Virus record (IMG/VR): IMGVR_UViG_3300028805_000099
DNA: 64,000 nt
Reading direction: 5' to 3' (one strand)
Source: an uncultured virus (IMG/VR IMGVR_UViG_3300028805_000099)
Taxonomy: Duplodnaviria; Heunggongvirae; Uroviricota; Caudoviricetes; Crassvirales
Shown here piece after piece: positions 57,331 through 64,000 of the stretch. The first letter of the stretch is position 1, and the number at the start of each line of letters is the position of its first letter. The notes under the pieces are model-generated. The model worked only from the letters and a program-made list of their open reading frames with translations, was not told where the DNA came from and did no database searches. Both the position numbers and the translations under genes were made by a program.

Positions 57331-58503
57331 TTAAAGTTTTTTTAGGTCGTTGTAAAGTGATTCTAATGAAATTTGCTGCCTACAAGTCATAGGGACGGTT
57401 TCAATGACATCTTTTAACCATTTCATCTGTTCCTCGCTTGGCTTCCAACTGTTATACTTTGCAGCAGAATAACCATCGTTATAACCTTTATCATATAGAC
57501 TTGATTGTGGCTTGAGCGATTTGAGCCAATACCCAAAATGCCTTTGTTTGTCAATCGTCGTGCATCTTGTTTCATAGTCACCTAAAAAGAAATCAAGTAT
57601 TTCATTATAGATTCTTTCATCCTCTTCACTCCAATCTTTCTTATGTTGTGGTTGTACTTTGTCTTTTAGTGATTTGAGCCAATCAATTTCTCTTTCATAA
57701 ACAACTTGGTTGACTTCGTGATTATGAGCTTTCTGCGTAAATTGTATATCAGCAATAACAGCGTCAAACATTTCTTCATCCTCTTCACTCCAATAGGCGG
57801 ATGGTTGTTCAATCTTAACAATATCTTTTTCGGCAGCAATTCCTATTGCTGTTTTTACTTCTTCTGGGTCAGATGGCTCACCAATTATAGATACATTATA
57901 AATGAAATTATTTCCACATTTTTCAATATTTTTGATTTTATAATTTTCACCTTTATATCTAATATAGTCCCCAGATATAAATTTCGGCTTTACTTCATCA
58001 GTGACTTTCTGCTCACCTTGCTCTTCATTATCCTTTGGGCAATGTTGGTGTGTGAAAAGAGTGAACAATTGTTGAGGTGTGATATGAAATCTTTGGTTCA
58101 AAATGTTATCACTTCTACCGATGTAAGTATCGTCTCCAACATATTCAAACCAATAAGACCCGAATTCTTTGAACTCATTAAATGATTTTCTACACTCAAT
58201 GAATTGACCACTGACAAAATCATTCTTTTCTTTTTCTGCCTCTTCAAAGTTTGCAGTATTTTGCTCACCTTGCTTTTCAAGCCAAGCAAGTATTTGTTCC
58301 CTTGTGAAACCATCAGCAGTAGGAAAATTACCTGAATGTTGATTAGTAAAGTTTCTAATGAGAGCTTTTCTTATTCTCTCATCCTCTGATTCTTTGAGTT
58401 CTGGGAAGAGTTTTTCCAATATCTGAATTGCCAGGTTGTTATTGTTCTCTTTTGCAATTGCGAGCCATTCCTTTGCTGATTCTAAATCTTCTTCGTAATT
58501 CAT
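57331..58503 (-). CDS. WSEEDE-repeat protein
   Basis: FPELKESEDERIRKAL, AWLEKQGEQ, two WSEEDE...WLKSLK repeats, WKPSEEQM; likely start MNYEEDL at 58503. Confidence 0.8.
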   Translation of the reverse strand: MNYEEDLESAKEWLAIAKENNNNLAIQILEKLFPELKESEDERIRKALIRNFTNQHSGNFPTADGFTREQILAWLEKQGEQNTANFEEAEKEKNDFVSGQFIECRKSFNEFKEFGSYWFEYVGDDTYIGRSDNILNQRFHITPQQLFTLFTHQHCPKDNEEQGEQKVTDEVKPKFISGDYIRYKGENYKIKNIEKCGNNFIYNVSIIGEPSDPEEVKTAIGIAAEKDIVKIEQPSAYWSEEDEEMFDAVIADIQFTQKAHNHEVNQVVYEREIDWLKSLKDKVQPQHKKDWSEEDERIYNEILDFFLGDYETRCTTIDKQRHFGYWLKSLKPQSSLYDKGYNDGYSAAKYNSWKPSEEQMKWLKDVIETVPMTCRQQISLESLYNDLKKL

Positions 58504-58877
58504 TTTATTTCTCCTTGTTCTAAAAGCCATACTATTGTTTTTATAGCTGATTCTATTAAAGTATTTTCTTCTTCTTTGTGGAGAGCATTTCCATTAAATG
58601 TCCACTGATCTATTAATGCGTATATAATTTGATTTCCAATAATAATTAAGGAATTCCAATTTAATGATTTTGGCATTAATTCAATCAATGTTCCAATACT
58701 CCAACAAGGAATAGCCTTTTTAGGTTGATTTATTCCTTCTTGTTTTACTTCTACATAATATTCAGTCTCTTGCCAATCTAATGCAACCAACCACATATCA
58801 GCAGTATTTGGGTCTAATCCTGCTTTAATAAGTTTTTCAGACTGTTCAATTGTAGTATATCCTAATTGTTTTTTCAT
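58500..58877 (-). CDS. hypothetical protein (TTIEQS...TADM...PCWS family)
   Basis: 125-aa ORF. Confidence 0.75.
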   Translation of the reverse strand: MKKQLGYTTIEQSEKLIKAGLDPNTADMWLVALDWQETEYYVEVKQEGINQPKKAIPCWSIGTLIELMPKSLNWNSLIIIGNQIIYALIDQWTFNGNALHKEEENTLIESAIKTIVWLLEQGEIK

Positions 58878-58894
58878 AATTTAAATTCTAATTT

Positions 58895-58920
58895 AAAAAG
58901 CCCTCATATAGAGGGCTTTA
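58895..58920 (-). terminator. intrinsic terminator after the PNK gene
   Basis: Minus strand AAAGCCCTC-TATAT-GAGGGCTTT-TT. Confidence 0.7.
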
Positions 58921-58923
58921 TTA

Positions 58924-59826
58924 TTAAAAGTCACCATAATAGACTTGACAACATAAGATACCTAAATCTCTCCACATCTTCACTACTTTATCCCTGTCAT
59001 CAAATACACACGCTACATTGTATTTAGGTTGTATGTATTCAAAATACATTTCCTTCTTTACAATATCATCAGACCTAAAGTCTTTAGACTTTCTCATATA
59101 AAGTTGGTGTTCTCCAAAACCGTTGTCTTCCAACCACTTTTGAGTAACATCACGAGAATCTTCGCTTCTTCCTGAGAAGAAGATTATCTTATAACATTGT
59201 GATAGACTGTTAAGAAAAGATTTCATTCTAGGGTCAAAAGTATCTTCTGATGCTTTATCATAATCAAATGGATTTCTGCCATTATGTAATGCTATAGTAC
59301 CATCTATATCACATAAAATTATACTTTCTTTATCTATACTAGGCAAAGTTATAGGTCTATCATCTGTATAATTATAAAGAAGTTCTGGAAAATAAGCTAT
59401 AAAGAATTTTCTTATTATATTTTTTCCAACCTTGTCTTCTCTATTATTATCTCTTTCTATAGCTTCCTTATAAGAGATTTTAAATAACTTAAAGTCTATT
59501 TTAGAAGCAGCAATATCAGCAATTTTATTCCACTTTTCTATAGTCTTAGGATTAAGGTTAGTTGCATCTATAATAACATTCAAGTCAAGTTTCAATGCAG
59601 ATAAAATTGCATTTTGTTCCAATTCATCTATATAATTTTCTTGGCTTGGTAGCCAATAGGTACCCCTAGCTTTATGCATAGAGTCCCTATTGACTATCAC
59701 CCAATTGGTATGTTCAGTAGCCAGCTTTCTAGCAAAAGTGCTTTTACCAGATGCTGGCACTCCCTGTAAGACAAGAATTTGTCTCTTACCATTAATATCT
59801 AATTTTCCTAAATTAAATGTTTCCAT
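58924..59826 (-). CDS. pseT: polynucleotide 5'-kinase/3'-phosphatase (T4 PseT-like)
   Basis: P-loop GVPASGKST, IIDATNL, HAD motif DIDGT, FSGR, FDDRDKVVKMWR. Confidence 0.92.
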   Translation of the reverse strand: METFNLGKLDINGKRQILVLQGVPASGKSTFARKLATEHTNWVIVNRDSMHKARGTYWLPSQENYIDELEQNAILSALKLDLNVIIDATNLNPKTIEKWNKIADIAASKIDFKLFKISYKEAIERDNNREDKVGKNIIRKFFIAYFPELLYNYTDDRPITLPSIDKESIILCDIDGTIALHNGRNPFDYDKASEDTFDPRMKSFLNSLSQCYKIIFFSGRSEDSRDVTQKWLEDNGFGEHQLYMRKSKDFRSDDIVKKEMYFEYIQPKYNVACVFDDRDKVVKMWRDLGILCCQVYYGDF

Positions 59827-61232
59827 TAGTTATTGTCTTCAATGTTTGCAATTCCTTTATCAAGTTCTTCACTTTCTTTTCCAAGAAATCTAAAGCTCTT
59901 AAGTTTAACTGCGTTAGGTGTCATATTATCTACTTTAATCACTATACCTTCATGAGGTACTTTATTCTTACAATCAGGAGAATCAAGTTCCATATAGAAG
60001 TTCTTGTCATCTGCTAATTTGTCTATGAATGCATCATTCCAATTCTCAGAATCCTTAATATCTGGATAAAGGTCTGATGCTTTTCCATAATATAGTTCAA
60101 CAACAGGCTCTAAACCATTGTTTTTACACCAATATTGTACTTCCTTTGGAGATAATTCAAATACTTTACCATCAGCGTTAGTAATGGTAATTCTGTATAC
60201 CATTATCCTAAAATGCTTATTTATGGTATATTTCTCTCCTTCTTCAGGTGGTAAACATCCATAGTCGTAATCCTTTTGTATATAACCCCCAGTAGGAAGG
60301 AATCCTATTATCTCATAATACAAACTATAACCTTTTGGAATTAATGAAATGAGGATTTTATTAGCTTCTCCCCATACATCGCAATTATAATATCCAGGAC
60401 CTACAGACTTATTATAATATTTATTCTTTACAACAGTTCTTGAAGCATAGACATTATCATACCTATAGTTATTGTTTACATCTGCAATCTTATTTTCTTT
60501 ATTAAACAAATTGTGAATTCTGCATACAATCTTATCTATCCAAGACTTAGGAAACTTACATATAACATTTGCAGAAATTGCAGATGTACCATGAAACTTA
60601 CTACTAATATGAATAATATCATCTTTTTGGATTGCATAAGGATTCTTTCTTAGCTGCTCTGTGTCATAATGGAATCTAAACTGTCCTTCAACAAGTTTAT
60701 CATATTTCTTTACGTTGGCCCTTTCTTTAGGTTCATTTGAACCATGAGTTCTTTGCTCAATTATGATATACTTCTTGTTAATCCAAATCTCTTTACCATT
60801 ATGTTCTACAGCATCAAACTCTTTATTTATACAAGATTCCTTGTCGTCAATTTTCTTATTTACAGAATCCATTAACCAGTTCTGAAGAACTTCAAAAGGC
60901 AATAAAAAACCTTCAGATACCATTCCCTTAAGTTTTATTGCCTTTACTCTTCCATTGTCTTCAAAGAATCCTGTTTTCTCTGGATTTGAGTTTAAGTTAC
61001 CATGTCTATATAGATTTGCATAAGATAGTAAATTAGAATTAATTTGGCTAAGAGCAGGAAAATAAATATATACACCTTCCTTCTCATTAATGCCTACAAT
61101 CATATTGTAACCATCTACTTTACATACCTTAAGCTTGGTTACTTCTGGATTAGGATGTGGAAAAAATTCCTTTATCTCAACAACCTTCGCCAAGTAATTC
61201 GCACTGGCATTCTTTGTTTGGATTAATCTCAT
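59826..61232 (-). CDS. RNA ligase (Rnl2-like nucleotidyltransferase with N-terminal OB-like domain)
   Basis: Motif I SKFHGTS, YYEIIG, HEGIVIK, KLKSFRFL; TAATG-coupled to PNK. Confidence 0.85.
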   Translation of the reverse strand: MRLIQTKNASANYLAKVVEIKEFFPHPNPEVTKLKVCKVDGYNMIVGINEKEGVYIYFPALSQINSNLLSYANLYRHGNLNSNPEKTGFFEDNGRVKAIKLKGMVSEGFLLPFEVLQNWLMDSVNKKIDDKESCINKEFDAVEHNGKEIWINKKYIIIEQRTHGSNEPKERANVKKYDKLVEGQFRFHYDTEQLRKNPYAIQKDDIIHISSKFHGTSAISANVICKFPKSWIDKIVCRIHNLFNKENKIADVNNNYRYDNVYASRTVVKNKYYNKSVGPGYYNCDVWGEANKILISLIPKGYSLYYEIIGFLPTGGYIQKDYDYGCLPPEEGEKYTINKHFRIMVYRITITNADGKVFELSPKEVQYWCKNNGLEPVVELYYGKASDLYPDIKDSENWNDAFIDKLADDKNFYMELDSPDCKNKVPHEGIVIKVDNMTPNAVKLKSFRFLGKESEELDKGIANIEDNN

Positions 61233-61536
61233 TTTTGTATATGTTTATTTCTTTTACAAAATCTTCTACTGAGTTACATATAATTACTTTTTCTCCTTGC
61301 TTAGCTATACTAATAATTTCTTCCTTTAATATTTTTATAGGAAGTGGGTTAAATCCTGCATTATGACCTACTCCAGCTCCATGAATGTCAGTTGACATTC
61401 CATTAAAGTATAGCCAAGGATTATTTTCAAATTCAGTACAAATACAAAGATGGAAACCCAAATCCTTGAGTTTCCCCCTGATTTCTTCACTATTATTACT
61501 TAAATAAATAGTCTTTGTTGGTTTAAAATAACTCAT
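61177..61536 (-). CDS. hypothetical protein
   Basis: 119-aa ORF. Confidence 0.65.
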   Translation of the reverse strand: MSYFKPTKTIYLSNNSEEIRGKLKDLGFHLCICTEFENNPWLYFNGMSTDIHGAGVGHNAGFNPLPIKILKEEIISIAKQGEKVIICNSVEDFVKEINIYKNEINPNKECQCELLGEGC

Positions 61537-61829
61537 TGTTCTTTGAATTTAATTTTAAAACCTTCTTTTGTAGATTCAATACTTTCTACTACATAACCTT
61601 CAGTGATTTTTGACCCTATTGAGATATAAGGACCTCCTGATGGATCTATAGCTGTGATATTGTTAAGGTTATAATGAAAAGTTACTCCTACTGCCATTAA
61701 AGCTTCTTCATCTCCTCTTAGATAATAGATATTGTTTTCTTTATGTTCTAAAAACACTTTACTTCCATATCTATTAAATAGAGGAATTTCATTCTCCCAT
61801 TCTTTCGTCATAGTCTTTTGTTTCATCAA
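61533..61829 (-). CDS. hypothetical protein (IDPSGGPYISIG family)
   Basis: LFNRYG...IDPSGGPYISIG. Confidence 0.72.
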   Translation of the reverse strand: MMKQKTMTKEWENEIPLFNRYGSKVFLEHKENNIYYLRGDEEALMAVGVTFHYNLNNITAIDPSGGPYISIGSKITEGYVVESIESTKEGFKIKFKEQ

Positions 61830-62370
61830 TCCAAGAAATTGTTTGTACAGAGATTTTTGAAATTTCCAATAGACAGCTTTTTAATGTTTCATAATATTGG
61901 TCATCAGCCATATCTGAATAACAAGCTTTTTTGAAATTCTCAAAACCTCTTGTCAATTCTATCAGAGGATAATTCAATCCAAAGTCTTTTAATAACAAGT
62001 CAAAAGTAGTTAAATCTTCTTTAGAAAGCTCTTCAACTTTAGATAAGACTTCTTTTATTTTGTTGTCTTCCTCCTTATTATCCACTAATTCTTCCACATT
62101 TTTGTTTTGTGCATATACTCCAAAGCCCCTTACTACTGGAGAAGCAGAGGGGCTAAATTCAAAGTAATCCATACATATTGATATGTCAAGAGGATAAGTT
62201 TTGTCTGGATATCCTACTTCACAAACAATAACTCTTCCATCATTTACATTGACTACTTCATATTCAGTATCTACCTTAAAAGGTAACAATTCATATTCTC
62301 TGACACACTTAAGTCTGTGTCCAACTCTAAGTTCACTAAAATCCATATTAATTAAATTTAATGTATCCAA
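61789..62370 (-). CDS. hypothetical protein
   Basis: 193-aa ORF overlapping the polymerase stop. Confidence 0.65.
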   Translation of the reverse strand: MDTLNLINMDFSELRVGHRLKCVREYELLPFKVDTEYEVVNVNDGRVIVCEVGYPDKTYPLDISICMDYFEFSPSASPVVRGFGVYAQNKNVEELVDNKEEDNKIKEVLSKVEELSKEDLTTFDLLLKDFGLNYPLIELTRGFENFKKACYSDMADDQYYETLKSCLLEISKISVQTISWIDETKDYDERMGE

Positions 62371-64000
62371 TGGTCTCCAACAGATGCTTCTGCTGGAATA
62401 GGCAATTTATGGTAAAATTTAGCTGCTGCATCTTGCATTATTTTTGATACTATATTTGGATAAGTATCTTTCAATTCTTTTGGAAATTCAGTATTGATTT
62501 CATCATGAGTAAAATTACAAAACAATATTTTATTAAAATAATTGTTATCTATAACCCAGTTAAAAAGATTTATTATAGCTGTCTTAAGGACAATGGCTCC
62601 TCCACCTTGTGTTGGGCTGTTTAAAGCAGCTCTATCCCAAGAAGATGCAGCTTTAAAATGATTTTTAACCATTATAGCAACATCATCATTTGTTCCTTTA
62701 TGATTTAATTTATAATCTTCCCAAAATTCTGGAGTAAATGAAGCTTGTCTTTTTTTCCATTCCTCCCAATCCCACCAATATTGTTTATGCCCAGTATCTT
62801 TCATTATAAGGACATATCCTTTATTTCTTACTTCTTTGCTTCCTCTTATTTTAAAAGCCGCTAAACCTGTCATTCCACTAAGCAGATTTGTAACTAATGT
62901 TCTTGCTTCTTCAACAGGTATACCTAATTGAGGAGCTACAGCAGTACCATCCGAACCAAATTGAACAGCAAATTCAATACTCTTCACTTTATTTCTTAAA
63001 TCAGGCCTTTTGCTTTTTACATCCTTAGTATCAATATCTTTTAGTTCTTCAGAAAACACAGCTTTAGCATAAGCAGCATGAGAGTCACCTGAGCCATAAA
63101 TGAATTCATCAAGTAATTTCTTTTCATTATATACTTCGGCACCTATTCTTGCTTCCATAGCACTATAATCACAACTACAGAATAAATTTCCCTTTTCTGC
63201 AACAAAACATGCTCTGGTTTCTTCATCATGTGGAAGTTGTTGCATATTAACCATTTTAACTTCCTTTAGTTTCTTATACTTTGCTAAATCAGTATCTTCA
63301 CCTGAGCCTGATGACATTCTTCCAGTTGAAGTACCTATTTGCCAATAACTGGTATGAAGTCTTCCTGTAACAGGATTAATTAAGTTCAAATGACCTTGAC
63401 CAAAAGAAGTAGTAAGTTTATAATATCCTTGATAATCAAAGTATAAACTTAAAAATTTATCATCTATTCCTTTTTGAGTTTTAAGGTTCTTCTCTTGCAC
63501 AGAGTCAGCTTCTTTATTTGTAACTTTGCTAACTGCAACTAAATTGAATCCAAGAGCTTTAAATACTTGCTTTGCTTCATCTTTTTGCCAATCTATTCTA
63601 AACTTTGGTGTTGGGTCAAATTCAGCAAATAAATCAAGCTGATTATCTACATATACCCACTTTTGTAATTTAGGATTTGATATACAATAGTCATTCAAAG
63701 CTTTCAAAGACTTATCAAGATTCTCTTTGTCTTTTTGCATCTTGGCTTTCCATTTTGTTTCATCTAATTTTATTCCACACCATTCTAGATAAGCCATTGC
63801 AGGTACTACATCACACTCTAGTTTAGCTCCAACTAAACATTCTTTTTCTTTGCATTCTTTTATTTGAGATTGCATTATATCATAAAGAGGAACTACATCA
63901 TTTGCAGCATATCTTATTACACTTTCATCTAGGCCTCTCCATATAATTTGGCCTCTTATAGACTTATCTATATTTTTATTTAATCTTCTTAAGGCTACTG
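62358..64000 (-). CDS. polA: family A DNA polymerase (5' end outside window)
   Basis: TGRMSS, NMQQLP, motif A DYSAMEARI, motif B RNKVKSIEFAVQFG, motif C HDEI; frame stays open to the window edge with exonuclease motif YAAND. Confidence 0.93.
   Translation of the reverse strand, partial: VALRRLNKNIDKSIRGQIIWRGLDESVIRYAANDVVPLYDIMQSQIKECKEKECLVGAKLECDVVPAMAYLEWCGIKLDETKWKAKMQKDKENLDKSLKALNDYCISNPKLQKWVYVDNQLDLFAEFDPTPKFRIDWQKDEAKQVFKALGFNLVAVSKVTNKEADSVQEKNLKTQKGIDDKFLSLYFDYQGYYKLTTSFGQGHLNLINPVTGRLHTSYWQIGTSTGRMSSGSGEDTDLAKYKKLKEVKMVNMQQLPHDEETRACFVAEKGNLFCSCDYSAMEARIGAEVYNEKKLLDEFIYGSGDSHAAYAKAVFSEELKDIDTKDVKSKRPDLRNKVKSIEFAVQFGSDGTAVAPQLGIPVEEARTLVTNLLSGMTGLAAFKIRGSKEVRNKGYVLIMKDTGHKQYWWDWEEWKKRQASFTPEFWEDYKLNHKGTNDDVAIMVKNHFKAASSWDRAALNSPTQGGGAIVLKTAIINLFNWVIDNNYFNKILFCNFTHDEINTEFPKELKDTYPNIVSKIMQDAAAKFYHKLPIPAEASVGDHWIH

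Noticed and set aside
54491..58530. Short repeats as a CRISPR array or diversity-generating retroelement
   Set aside because: Repeats are in-frame protein motifs with irregular spacing; no cas or reverse transcriptase gene and no template/variable repeat pair seen
29059..62401. Plus-strand ORFs over the minus-strand genes (e.g. 37167-37493, 43563-43955, 57706-58185)
   Set aside because: Antisense shadows rich in Phe/Ile/Leu/Ser, fully overlapping better-supported genes

Overview
This window is about 64 kb of a crAss-like (Crassvirales) Bacteroidota phage genome that uses an alternative genetic code in which TAG encodes Gln. The supplied ORF track fragments most late genes at in-frame TAGs. 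Reading TAG as sense joins the fragments into long same-frame genes with plausible ATG starts and TAA/TGA ends. Plus strand, 1-28288: virion module (protein upstream of the capsid gene, major capsid protein, tRNA-CAT, ring proteins, auxiliary capsid protein, tail hubs, IHF-like protein, muzzle, three cargo proteins), in the gene order I recall for crAss001 gp32-gp47. Minus strand, 28356-44612: a 1343-aa cargo protein and a 4068-aa virion RNA polymerase (DFDVD) fused to ADP-ribosyltransferase-like, zincin, NADAR, SF1 helicase and SLOG-like domains. Minus strand, 44813-64000: an early/replication region with essentially no TAG sense codons (HNH endonuclease, ThyX, PNK plus RNA ligase, family A DNA polymerase, many small accessory genes, some decaying). 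The most interesting points are the multi-enzyme RNA polymerase, amber codons placed at gene 5' ends (ATG-TAG in the IHF-like gene; capsid codons 35 and 38), and a code boundary that follows a terminator/promoter rather than the strand switch. I saw no amber suppressor tRNA or release factor in this window. All family calls come from recalled motifs and synteny, not database searches. Long joined genes were verified by frame agreement and spot translation, not codon by codon.
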